Assembly: GCA_964473455.1 (NCBI GenBank)
Contig: CAYYQX010000002.1
Span: 45,086 to 109,085, forward strand
DNA length: 64,000 bases
Reading direction: 5' to 3'
Origin: an uncultured Muribaculaceae bacterium
GTDB lineage: Bacteria; Bacillota_I; Bacilli_A; RF39; UBA660
Part shown: positions 46,019 to 55,510 of the stretch, one piece after another
Layout: each line of letters opens with the position of its first letter
Position numbering within the stretch: position 1 is the stretch's first letter
Program-made: the position numbers and the translations under genes
Notes under the pieces: generated by a model
What the model was told of the DNA's origin: nothing
What the model saw: only the letters and a program-made list of their open reading frames with translations
The model's database searches: none

Positions 46019-47134
46019 CTATCTTTCAATATATTTTATTCCTAAAGATTCTACATAATATTTTATCTTTATTTCACTAATTCTCTTCCAGTTTTCTAAA
46101 TTGTAATACCAATAAAAGTTGTTTGAATTACTCATATAGGCATGTTCATATAAAGAAACATTGACATTAAATATATCCTTTGGAACTCTAATAACCGCAT
46201 AATAGTCTATATAACTATATACTTGACCTTGTGTTTTATCATACCTTTCATAAGTTATACTGTCTTTTGAATACAACGTAAATTGATTATTTATTAAATA
46301 GACTGGATATATACTCATAATACTATCAAAGATTTGCTTTTCAGGAGTACCTATTACATTAACAGAGTTTGAAACAATGAGTTCAAAGCCACTGTCATAT
46401 TTACTATAAGAAGAGTTAGTATGGTTACTATAAGCTATTTTAGAAACAACCCCATAATAACCTACCGCATTACTTCTTTTTTGAATTAAAGTCCATTCAT
46501 CGTTCTCAATAGTGATGCCATAGGTATCATCTTCTCTTGTTAAAAGAACTTTTAAACCGTGTTCAATATACCTTTCTTTTTCATATAAAGAAACCATTAA
46601 ATTCAAGTCTTTTTCATACATGGTTGAATTGGATGCACCTACATCTACCCCACCATGTCCTACATCTATTAAAATATCATATGCATAATTAAAATTTTCT
46701 ATTTTAATTTTTTCTATTTCTTCTTCATATATAAAAGTTATTAATTTGTCGTTTAGTTTTGTTCTGTTTAGCTTGGTTAAATCGTCCAATATAGTTGTTA
46801 AGTAATAATACTTGTCTGTTTTAATATATATATTGTATTCTCCATTTTCTAAAGTTGTTAAATCAAGATCTATATAGTAATTTTCTTCTGCCTTAATTAG
46901 TTCATATTCAATATTGTTTATAACTAAATAAGGGGTTAGTTCACTTTCAATAAACATTTCCAAATGTACACCATTTTGTATATAGGAGTTCTTTGTAATA
47001 TAGAAATTGTCCGTTACTAATTCGGCACTAATAGTATTTTCTTTTGGTTCTTTAACAAAAAAAGAGTTTACTATAAAATAAACACCACTTATTATAAGTA
47101 ATATTAAAATAAGAATAAAAACCTTTTTTATCAT
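46019..47134 (-). CDS. N-acetylmuramoyl-L-alanine amidase (Amidase_3 domain) with an N-terminal membrane anchor and an uncharacterised middle domain
   Basis: 371 aa. Amidase_3 signature IDVGHGGVDVGASNSTMYEKDLNLMVSL...LKVLLTREDD. Confidence 0.55.
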   Translation of the reverse strand: MIKKVFILILILLIISGVYFIVNSFFVKEPKENTISAELVTDNFYITKNSYIQNGVHLEMFIESELTPYLVINNIEYELIKAEENYYIDLDLTTLENGEYNIYIKTDKYYYLTTILDDLTKLNRTKLNDKLITFIYEEEIEKIKIENFNYAYDILIDVGHGGVDVGASNSTMYEKDLNLMVSLYEKERYIEHGLKVLLTREDDTYGITIENDEWTLIQKRSNAVGYYGVVSKIAYSNHTNSSYSKYDSGFELIVSNSVNVIGTPEKQIFDSIMSIYPVYLINNQFTLYSKDSITYERYDKTQGQVYSYIDYYAVIRVPKDIFNVNVSLYEHAYMSNSNNFYWYYNLENWKRISEIKIKYYVESLGIKYIER

Positions 47135-47171
47135 TGTTCTCCTTAAAAAGAAAATGCATTAAATGCATTTT

Positions 47172-47792
47172 TTAAAACAAATAATATTGTAATACGTAGA
47201 TTAGTGTTATAGCAGATAAAGCGTAAAATATAAAATTTGTTTTGTTTTTGAATTTTAATTTGTCTTCGATATTAATACTTATAATTGCAAAAGAGTAAAG
47301 ACTTCCTGCAAATAGTATAAATAAATATAGTGGACTATAGATTAATCCTAAAAGTGGTCCTACTATCATTGTTGATGCGATAAATGGAACAAGAGCTAAT
47401 AAAACTAGTCTTAATACGTCCATAAATTCAATGCTTTTTTTAAATACTAAAGCCAAAACATAATAAATAACTACAATTGCTGCGATAAATACTGTGAATA
47501 ATAAGAAATATCTAAATATTTCGTTCACATAGTCTACTTTTCCAAGTTGATTAAAGTCAACTACTGTTTTGCATGTTCCTGTCCAAAAATCACATTTTGG
47601 AACTAATACTGCACTAACCATAGCAGTAATTAAATGAACAACCATCATAACCGCCGACATAATTAAAGTTAAAATTAGTGTCTTTTGGGTAGTATTAAAC
47701 TTTTTTGTAATATTTTCTGAACTTTCGATTGGGTTAATTATTGATTCCTTAACTAATTGAAAAACTTCCATACCCTTTTCTTTTTTTGCCAT
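47172..47792 (-). CDS. polytopic membrane protein (Yip1-like?)
   Basis: 206 aa with about 5 TM helices. Confidence 0.35.
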   Translation of the reverse strand: MAKKEKGMEVFQLVKESIINPIESSENITKKFNTTQKTLILTLIMSAVMMVVHLITAMVSAVLVPKCDFWTGTCKTVVDFNQLGKVDYVNEIFRYFLLFTVFIAAIVVIYYVLALVFKKSIEFMDVLRLVLLALVPFIASTMIVGPLLGLIYSPLYLFILFAGSLYSFAIISINIEDKLKFKNKTNFIFYALSAITLIYVLQYYLF

Positions 47793-48009
47793 TTTATCAA
47801 TCTCCTCTTATAAGAATTATAGTATATATATTTTTATTTTTCAAGGCTTATTGGATAATATTATTTATTTCGTCGTATTTGCCTTCTAATTCTTTATTTA
47901 TTTTAAACATTTCTGCGATAAAGTTGATTGTAACAAATAAAAAGATAAAAGCAAAAATAATTATTAATGTTATAACTATTTTTCTTGATCCTGGTCTTTC
48001 ATTCATAAC

Positions 48010-48825
48010 TTACTCCTTATCATATGTGTCTAAAAAATTATATTGTTTTTTCTCATCATGACTACCTATTATACAGTTTAGATTAACGTTTTCAAGAGCT
48101 CTATAGATGTTTTCTTCGATATCTTTATTTTTAAATGATTTTAATAATTTCTTTATTTCTTCTCGCTTGCTTAAGCTTTTGTGATACTCATCGGTATATT
48201 TACAAGTACATTTATTGAATCTTAAATTATTATATTCACACCAATTAATAATATCTTCTTCTTTTACTAAGCAAAGTGGTCTGATAAGTTCAAGGCCAAC
48301 AAAGTTTTTGCTTTTTAGCTTTGGCATCATTGTTTTTACTTCTGCTCCATAAAAGATAGATAAAAGTGTTGTTTCAATAAAGTCATTAAAGTGATGTCCT
48401 AGGGCAATTTTGTTGCACCCTATTTCTCTTGCTTTATCGTAAAGGTACCCTCTTCTCATTTTAGCGCATAAGTAACAAGGGTATCCCTCTTTAACATTAT
48501 TTATGATTTTAAATATAGGCGTTTCAAAAATTTCTAAGTTTATGTTTAAATCTTTGATTGTTTTTTTCATTTTATCTAAATCACTTTTCTTATATCCAGG
48601 ATCCATTAAGACATATCTTAAATTAAATTTAATCTTACCGTGTTTTTGAGCTTCTTCTAAGCATTTAGCAAGTAATACTGAATCTTTTCCACCTGATATA
48701 CAAACCATAATGTTGTCGTTCTCACTAATTAGTTCGTATTTTTTAATAGCTTTTAAAAATTTACTATATATAGTTTTTTTATATTTGGTAATTATGCTTC
48801 TCTCTATTTCTTGATATTTTTCCAT
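48010..48825 (-). CDS. ttcA: PP-loop ATPase, tRNA 2-thiocytidine synthetase TtcA-like
   Basis: 271 aa. SGGKDS PP-loop and Cys pairs (CYLCAKMRRG, CTCK) typical of TtcA Fe-S thiolases. Confidence 0.55.
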   Translation of the reverse strand: MEKYQEIERSIITKYKKTIYSKFLKAIKKYELISENDNIMVCISGGKDSVLLAKCLEEAQKHGKIKFNLRYVLMDPGYKKSDLDKMKKTIKDLNINLEIFETPIFKIINNVKEGYPCYLCAKMRRGYLYDKAREIGCNKIALGHHFNDFIETTLLSIFYGAEVKTMMPKLKSKNFVGLELIRPLCLVKEEDIINWCEYNNLRFNKCTCKYTDEYHKSLSKREEIKKLLKSFKNKDIEENIYRALENVNLNCIIGSHDEKKQYNFLDTYDKE

Positions 48826-48916
48826 AAAACAACCTCTCTACGAAGACTATATATAAAGTATATCACAATAAATTTAAGTAAAAATAAATTTTTTGTTTTA
48901 ATTTATTAAATAGGTA

Positions 48917-48925
48917 TGCTATAAT
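48917..48925 (+). promoter_or_regulatory. extended -10 promoter TGCTATAAT of pyrG
   Basis: Read from the sequence. Implies that the ORF-track start at 48924 is inside the promoter and the true start is the ATG at 48975. Confidence 0.45.
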
Positions 48926-48974
48926 GAATAAGAGCCTATATGAAACTCTCTTTGGAAGGAGATTTTTTTTATTT

Positions 48975-50576
48975 ATGACAAAATATGTTTTTGTAACAGG
49001 TGGCGTTTGTTCAGGACTTGGTAAAGGCATAACTGCTTCATCTATTGCCCTGCTTTTAAAAGGTAAAGGTTATAAGGTTTTTATGCAAAAGTTTGATCCT
49101 TATATGAATGTTGATCCAGGTACTATGTCACCCATCCAACACGGTGAAGTTTTTGTTACTGCCGATGGTTGTGAGACTGACTTAGATCTTGGACATTATG
49201 AAAGATTTATTGATGAAGAACTAAATTATACTTCAAATATTACAAGTGGAAAGATTTATTCTTCAGTTATTGAAAAAGAAAGACGTGGAGATTTTTTAGG
49301 TGCGACTATTCAAATAGTTCCCCACATTTCAAATGAGATAAAACATAAAATATATGAAGCTGGAACATCTAGTAAGGCAGATATCGTAATAACAGAAATT
49401 GGTGGGACAGTTGGCGATATTGAGTCGGCTGTAATGTTAGAATCATTAAGACAATTTAAAATGGAAAAAAAAGATGATGTCTTATTTGTTCATACAACTT
49501 TAATCCCCTATTTATATGGTTCTAATGAGCTAAAAACCAAACCAACACAAAATAGTATTATTGAGCTTAGAAAGATTGGTATTCAAGCAGATATTATTGT
49601 TACTAGAGCGTCTATCCCACTAGACGAGTCTATCAAAGAAAAAATAAGCTTATTTGGAAGTATTCCAAAAGAAAACATTATTGAAGCAATTGACGTTAAA
49701 AATATTTATCAAATACCACTAAACTTTCACAATCAAAATATTGAAGAAATTATTCTTAAACATTTTAAATTAAAAAATACTAAAAGTGAGATTAAGTACT
49801 GGGAAGACCTAGTTAATAAAGTAAATAACCTTGATAATGAGATAGAAATAGCGTTAGTTGGTAAATATACTAAGTTAGAGGATGCTTATCTGTCTGTTAA
49901 AGAAAGCCTTAAACACGCCGGATACAAGTATGATACCAAGATTAATATAAAATGGATAGAGTCTGAAACTCTTGAAGAAGAAAAAGCTAATTTAAAAGAA
50001 ATATTTAAAAACAGTAGTGGCATTATCGTTCCAGGCGGATTTGGTTCTCGCGGTATTAAGGGAATGATTAATGCGGTTGAGTATGCTAGAACAAATAATA
50101 TTCCTTTTCTAGGACTTTGTCTTGGTTTACAAATATCTATCATTGAATTTGCCAGAAATGTTTGTGGCCTAAAAGACGCTGATTCTACTGAATTTAATGA
50201 GAATACATCAAACCCAATAATTGATTTGATGGCCGAACAAAAACACATTATTAATATGGGTGGAACGCTTAGACTTGGTAATTATGAATGTCATATTAAG
50301 AAAAATACTTTGGCCTTTAAAGATTATAAAAGTGAAGATATCCTAGAGCGTCATCGCCATCGTTATGAATTTAATAATAAATATAAAGAATTATTAGAAA
50401 ATAAAGGTATGGTTTTTTCAGGAATAAATTTAAAAAGTAACTTGATAGAAATAATTGAACTTCCTAGCCATAAACATTTTATTGCCTGTCAGTTTCACCC
50501 TGAATTTAAGAGTAGACCAAATAGACCACATCCATTATTTGATTCATTTGTTAAAGCAAGTATTAAAAAAAATTAG
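48975..50576 (+). CDS. pyrG: CTP synthase
   Basis: Begins MTKYVFVTGGVCSGLGKG after a GGAAGGAG RBS. Glutamine amidotransferase C-terminal domain present (GLCLGLQ, HRHRYEFN). Confidence 0.9.
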   Translation: MTKYVFVTGGVCSGLGKGITASSIALLLKGKGYKVFMQKFDPYMNVDPGTMSPIQHGEVFVTADGCETDLDLGHYERFIDEELNYTSNITSGKIYSSVIEKERRGDFLGATIQIVPHISNEIKHKIYEAGTSSKADIVITEIGGTVGDIESAVMLESLRQFKMEKKDDVLFVHTTLIPYLYGSNELKTKPTQNSIIELRKIGIQADIIVTRASIPLDESIKEKISLFGSIPKENIIEAIDVKNIYQIPLNFHNQNIEEIILKHFKLKNTKSEIKYWEDLVNKVNNLDNEIEIALVGKYTKLEDAYLSVKESLKHAGYKYDTKINIKWIESETLEEEKANLKEIFKNSSGIIVPGGFGSRGIKGMINAVEYARTNNIPFLGLCLGLQISIIEFARNVCGLKDADSTEFNENTSNPIIDLMAEQKHIINMGGTLRLGNYECHIKKNTLAFKDYKSEDILERHRHRYEFNNKYKELLENKGMVFSGINLKSNLIEIIELPSHKHFIACQFHPEFKSRPNRPHPLFDSFVKASIKKN

Positions 50577-50594
50577 AATTTAACTTCTAATTTT

Positions 50595-51125
50595 TTATTT
50601 ATAAAAAATTGATATTACTTTTGAAAATTTCATAATAATATCTGTACTATTCCTCATTGCAAAACTTTTACCCATGGCTTTTAATCCAATAGTAAGTGAA
50701 GCAATTAATGAAGTTGTAACTAGCGCAACTATAACTTCATAACCAACAAAAATTTTGTTTAATGATGTAATCAACATAACTCCAATACTACCAGAAATAA
50801 TTCCACAGATATCTCCAATAACATCGTTACAGAAGCTAGATACTTTATGAGCATTTTTGATTAATCTAATACCTACTTTTGCTTCTTTAACTTTTCTAGA
50901 GCTTTTAGCATGAAAAGGCATTTCATCAGCTGAAGTTACAGCTACACCTATCATATCAAATACAACACCTAAAAGTATTACAAAAAATAGCACTAATATT
51001 CCGCCAAATAAATTAATTTTTGGCATTATGTTTTCAGTTGCTCCAGAGAATATAAAAGAAATAATAAAGGATAAAAAAATAATTTTTATTATCCAATTAG
51101 TTTGATTGTCTTTTTTCTTTGCCAT
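50595..51125 (-). CDS. hypothetical membrane protein
   Basis: 176 aa with about 4 TM helices. No motif recognised. Confidence 0.35.
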   Translation of the reverse strand: MAKKKDNQTNWIIKIIFLSFIISFIFSGATENIMPKINLFGGILVLFFVILLGVVFDMIGVAVTSADEMPFHAKSSRKVKEAKVGIRLIKNAHKVSSFCNDVIGDICGIISGSIGVMLITSLNKIFVGYEVIVALVTTSLIASLTIGLKAMGKSFAMRNSTDIIMKFSKVISIFYK

Positions 51126-51178
51126 TTTTAAAACCTCTTATTTATCGTAACATAATTTAATTTAAGTGTAAATAATAT

Positions 51179-51931
51179 TTAGTGTAGTCTGGCTTTATAG
51201 CTTTTTCCTTCCATTTGTGCATCTATAATGCTTGCAAATGTTTTATGTAGTCCTTCCAATTGAACTTCATCCATGTCAATACACATTTCTCTTTCAACAT
51301 AACTTTCTATATCAAAAATCATTTCTTTCAAAAAATTATAATTATAATTTAAAACACAAAAATTTTTTATAAACTTAATAACACAAATAAACAGCAAGCT
51401 TATTTTATTACTATATTTAAATATTTCTGCCTTACTACTTCCTGCATTTATTGTAAGAGCAGTTATCCACATTGCTTCGGTACAATAAGTTATAATATTA
51501 TAAATAAAAGGATTATATTTTTTCATTTTATCAATTTCGTCAAAACCATTTATAATGCAGAAGTTGATTACAGAGATAAGATTTTCTGCAAATAAAACGC
51601 TACCTGTTTCAATTGATTCTTCATCTGCAGAATCAAACATTTTTTCGTAATCAACAGAAAAAAATATGAGTAAATCGTTAAAAGCGCTAGAAAAGTCTTT
51701 TCTTGAAGAATATCCTTGTTTAAAAATATGGCGAGCAAATTCACGAAGTGTTTCAATCAAATTTGCATCAGGATTTAATTTAGAGTCTACGTACTTATAA
51801 AGTAACGTTTTTAAAACTTCTTCACGACAAAACCAATTTATTCTTTTGTCATGCGCAGTTTTATTTAAAATAATCATAATATACTGTTTTGTATAATATT
51901 CGTTAGTTAAATTTTTTCCCATATTTCTCAC
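51179..51931 (-). CDS. hypothetical protein
   Basis: 250 aa, soluble. No motifs recognised. Confidence 0.35.
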   Translation of the reverse strand: MRNMGKNLTNEYYTKQYIMIILNKTAHDKRINWFCREEVLKTLLYKYVDSKLNPDANLIETLREFARHIFKQGYSSRKDFSSAFNDLLIFFSVDYEKMFDSADEESIETGSVLFAENLISVINFCIINGFDEIDKMKKYNPFIYNIITYCTEAMWITALTINAGSSKAEIFKYSNKISLLFICVIKFIKNFCVLNYNYNFLKEMIFDIESYVEREMCIDMDEVQLEGLHKTFASIIDAQMEGKSYKARLH

Positions 51932-51974
51932 TCGAAGTTATATTCTAATACTAATTTTAATTTTTTGCAATAAA

Positions 51975-52550
51975 AAAAACATATGTAAAACATATATTTT
52001 ATTATGTATGGACTTTAATATAGTTAACTTTATGTCTTAGGTCAAGTAGGTTTTCCCTTATTTCTACTAACAATTACTCATTAGCAGTTCCCTTTTAAAG
52101 AAATAAATGCAAAGTCGCCTATTGCATGACTTGATTACCACTTAGTACATACTGTAATCTTATATTATAATGACACTCTAGGAGATTTCCTCAGCAATTT
52201 CGTTTATTATTAATCCTTTTTTGCAAGTATGGTTTCAATTACAGTATTTAAATCAATTTGGCCAAACTAATTTAAATAGAACTAATTATCCCCCATATTC
52301 ACTCAAGGCAAGCTACACTACCCGTAACGTTAGCCACATGGTAGGTTTAATCCCGTTTCATAGTAAACTATGAAATAGGTCTCAACTAAATTCTGGGTCA
52401 TATGTCGTATGCCATTACGGTTGCCCAAAATCTATTTCTTTCAGCACTCACCCAAGACTGGGCGTCTAAAGCAAGCACAAAAAGCTTCATCGGTATGCTC
52501 TTTAACGGTATTTTAACCCCGTCTTCATAACAAACTATTTTGACTAGAAT
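51975..52550 (-). ncRNA. candidate large structured non-coding RNA (~570 nt), identity unknown
   Basis: An ORF-free stretch in all six frames, with clearly higher GC than its flanks. Contains many hairpins, e.g. UUCAUAG-UUUAC-CUAUGAA, CCCAGUCUUGGG and CUACC...UAACGUUA...GGUAG. On the minus strand there is an extended -10-like TGTTATGAA near 52520-52528 followed by GGGG. At the low-coordinate end there is an intrinsic terminator AUAUAUG-UUUUA-CAUAUGU plus U8 (plus strand 51975-52003). tagO appears to have its own terminator at 52565-52604. Confidence 0.3.
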
Positions 52551-52640
52551 AATGTACCATCACATATATTTAGAAAAAAATAGCGATAGGAAAATATTAC
52601 CGTATTTTCCCATCTCTGTTAACATATTAGCACTTTTTAG

Positions 52641-53723
52641 CTATTTTGTCAAATTTTTCCTTTCAAATATAACATTTGTCTTAAGGACAAACAGTGTGAC
52701 AATAACAAATAATACCGCATAAATTATATAACCTAATACTCGATTATTTATAACATATACAATAGAAGCTAGAGAAAAAAGGACATTAATTACATAAATT
52801 ATTAAAACTGTTTTTGGATGTGAAAATTTTTTATTTAATAATTGATGATGAATGTGACACTTGTCTGGCATTGATACTTTTTGACCTTTTAATTTTCTTC
52901 TTAAAATGGCAAATAATGTATCTAATATTGGAATGGCTAGTATTAATAAAGGAACAACTATGGCAGAAGCTAATACGTTTTTAAAGCCTAACAAAGTTAT
53001 TATTGAAATAATAAAGCCTAAGAATAAAGATCCAGAGTCACCCATAAATATCTTAGCTGGATAGAAATTATGAATCAAAAACCCTAAACAAGCTCCAAGC
53101 ATGATAAAAGTAAGCTGAAAAGGAAGTGCGAACTGTCCTAATATTACAGTTATAATTCCAATAGTTAAAAAATAAATTGAACTAATTCCTGCCGCAAGAC
53201 CATCTAACCCGTCAATCAAATTCATACAGTTAATACAACCAAGCATAAATAAAATAGTAATCGGATAAGCAAAAATACCAAAATTTATATAAATACCAAA
53301 AGCATTAATTTCATTTAAAATAATCCCACCATAAACTACTACTATCAATGAGGCGATAAATTGAAAAAGAAGCTTTATTTTTGCAGAAATAGGTTTTATA
53401 TCATCCATTATACCAATAAATACAATAATAAAACTTCCAATTAATATAGATATCATTTTGTCATTAATAATCCCAAAAACCATATAGCCAAATAAAAATG
53501 CAGTATATATCGCAAGGCCGCCCATTCTTGGCATTGGAACCTTATGAACTTTTCTCTCATCAGGCTTGTCCATCGCACCAATATAAATCGCTAATTTTTT
53601 AATAATTGGGACAATTAAAACAGAAATTAAGAATGCAGATGAGATCATAAGTAATATTTCAAGAACTATTTTATCCATAAACTTCACCATGCTAATATTA
53701 ACACAATTTCTAAAACTTGACAA
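52641..53723 (-). CDS. tagO: undecaprenyl-phosphate N-acetylhexosamine-1-phosphate transferase (TagO/WecA family, PNPT superfamily)
   Basis: 360 aa with about 10-11 TM helices. Cytoplasmic loop motifs DDIKPISAKIKL and MPDKCHIHHQLL (HIHH). Size matches TagO/WecA rather than MraY. Confidence 0.7.
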   Translation of the reverse strand: MSSFRNCVNISMVKFMDKIVLEILLMISSAFLISVLIVPIIKKLAIYIGAMDKPDERKVHKVPMPRMGGLAIYTAFLFGYMVFGIINDKMISILIGSFIIVFIGIMDDIKPISAKIKLLFQFIASLIVVVYGGIILNEINAFGIYINFGIFAYPITILFMLGCINCMNLIDGLDGLAAGISSIYFLTIGIITVILGQFALPFQLTFIMLGACLGFLIHNFYPAKIFMGDSGSLFLGFIISIITLLGFKNVLASAIVVPLLILAIPILDTLFAILRRKLKGQKVSMPDKCHIHHQLLNKKFSHPKTVLIIYVINVLFSLASIVYVINNRVLGYIIYAVLFVIVTLFVLKTNVIFERKNLTK

Positions 53724-53763
53724 TATTTTGTTTAACTTTAAATATATTTATTATATAATAGAT

Positions 53764-55482
53764 ATGGTGAATGATATGAAGGAAAAAAATATTTTTATAA
53801 GCATTGTAGAAATACTATTGTTAGTAACTGCTGTTGCTTATTTTGTGATAACTATATTTTTTATTGAAGATAATAAAATATTTCATTTAATTAGTGCTGC
53901 TCTTTTATCAAGTGGTTTAATTATTCGCTTTATTGAAAACGTATCTAAAAAAAAGTCTTTATATAAAATTTTGTTTTCTTTTATTATTAGTGCTTTTGTA
54001 ATTTTTAATATCTTGCACGTTTTTGGATTTTTTTATGAAAATAAAACTTTATTTGGAGATTTTTATAACACTTCAATAAACAATTTACTTTCTTTTGCGG
54101 AACAAAATAATATTACTGTTGAACAAAGCTATGAATATAGTGACACTGTTGAAGAATTTAACATTATTAGTCAAAGTGTTTTTGCTAATACTGAATTAAC
54201 AGAAGTAACTTCTGTTCGAATAGTTGTATCTTTAGGTCCCAATTATGATAAGGAAGTAATTGTTCCTAATTTAATTGGACAAACAATAAATGATTTGTTA
54301 TTAATCAAAAAAGAATTGTTTTTAAATAACATTGTTGTTAATTATGAAACAAGTGATCAGTACGCTAAAGATGTTATTATTGATCAGTCTTTTAAAGGGC
54401 AATGTAAAAGAAATACTTTAATAACATTTACTATTTCTCTTGGCAGTGAAGTTTTAGAAACAAATATGATTTCACTAAAAGACATGTCTTTGTTTGATGC
54501 TACTTTATGGTTAAAACAAAATGGAATAAAATATAATTTAACTTATGAATTTAATGATGTTAAAAGAAATTATATTGTTAGTCAAGATATTCAAGAAGGG
54601 ACTTCAGTTAATTCTTCTATGACAATCAATCTTATTGTCTCAAAAGGTAAAAGCATAACTGTACCAAATTTACTCGATATGACAAGTGATGAAGTTATAA
54701 ATTGGATAATAGACAATGAACTAAAAATTGAATTTAGTGATAGCTATGATACTGCTATTCCTCTTGGAAAAATCATTAGTGCTAATTATAATGAAGGAGA
54801 CATAATTGAAGTTCAAACACTAGTTAAAATAGTAACTTCTAAAGGACAATTACTTTTTCCTGGATTTACTTCTTTAAATGATTTTAGAACTTGGGCTAGT
54901 AAAAATAGTATAAACTATAACGAAGAATATCAAATGAGTACTACTGTTGCTAAAGGCAATATCATTAGCTTTTCAGTTGGTACTAGCGCTATTATTGACG
55001 TTAATAGTAACATTACTGTTTATGTTTCTAGTGGTCGCCCTGTTACTGTTCCAAACTTTTATGGCCAATCACAAAGCAATATTACTAATACTTGTAATAA
55101 TATAGGCTTAACTTGTGCTTTTTATGAATCTGGTTATTCTAGTGTTAGTGCAGGTAGTTCAATTGGCCAAAGTATTAAAAGTGGTGTTGTAGTGGTTGAA
55201 GCAACTTATCTTTCAATTGGCCTAAGTAAAGGACCAGCTCAAAATTTCACTGTTCAGATAAATCAAAGTTCAATTCAAAGCTGTATTGGAAATTCTGACT
55301 GTACTATTAACTATTTAAGACAATTATTTGCAAATAATTATCCCGGTGTGACTGTTAATTTTGTTTTAAAAACAAGTAGTGTTTTCCAATTTGCCGGTAA
55401 TATTCATGAAGATTCAGCAATTAAAGATGGTTCGCTTGTTACGCAAGGAAAAACATATACAATTACAATTACTAAATCATAA
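53764..55482 (+). CDS. membrane protein with 5-6 tandem PASTA-like domains (no kinase or transpeptidase domain)
   Basis: ORF track gives 53689..55482. The probable start is MVNDMKEKN at 53764. Four N-terminal TM helices, then repeats beginning VPNLIGQTINDL, MISLKDMSLFDATLWLKQNG, VPNLLDMTSDEVINWI, PGFTSLNDFRTWASKNS and VPNFYGQSQSNITNTCNNIG, each about 65-70 aa with a PASTA-like pattern. Confidence 0.55.
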   Translation: MVNDMKEKNIFISIVEILLLVTAVAYFVITIFFIEDNKIFHLISAALLSSGLIIRFIENVSKKKSLYKILFSFIISAFVIFNILHVFGFFYENKTLFGDFYNTSINNLLSFAEQNNITVEQSYEYSDTVEEFNIISQSVFANTELTEVTSVRIVVSLGPNYDKEVIVPNLIGQTINDLLLIKKELFLNNIVVNYETSDQYAKDVIIDQSFKGQCKRNTLITFTISLGSEVLETNMISLKDMSLFDATLWLKQNGIKYNLTYEFNDVKRNYIVSQDIQEGTSVNSSMTINLIVSKGKSITVPNLLDMTSDEVINWIIDNELKIEFSDSYDTAIPLGKIISANYNEGDIIEVQTLVKIVTSKGQLLFPGFTSLNDFRTWASKNSINYNEEYQMSTTVAKGNIISFSVGTSAIIDVNSNITVYVSSGRPVTVPNFYGQSQSNITNTCNNIGLTCAFYESGYSSVSAGSSIGQSIKSGVVVVEATYLSIGLSKGPAQNFTVQINQSSIQSCIGNSDCTINYLRQLFANNYPGVTVNFVLKTSSVFQFAGNIHEDSAIKDGSLVTQGKTYTITITKS

Positions 55483-55510
55483 AAAAATCACTTATAATTA
55501 GTGATTTTTT

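Noticed and set aside
51960-52640. Assigning the GC-rich ORF-free region as RNase P RNA or tmRNA
   Set aside because: Only partial look-alikes were seen (AAAGUCCAUAC, CAUG..GCUAACGUUA). The P4 partner ACAGAA tract and the GGAAAGUCC 5' tract are not in RNase P order. No UUCGAC...CCACCA tRNA-like ends or tag ORF were seen for tmRNA. The length (~570 nt) also exceeds both. Kept only as an unknown ncRNA candidate.
52540-52722. 60-aa ORF on the plus strand
   Set aside because: It overlaps the 3' end of tagO on the opposite strand and the putative tagO terminator/ncRNA region. No RBS was seen and the composition is low-complexity. It is probably spurious.
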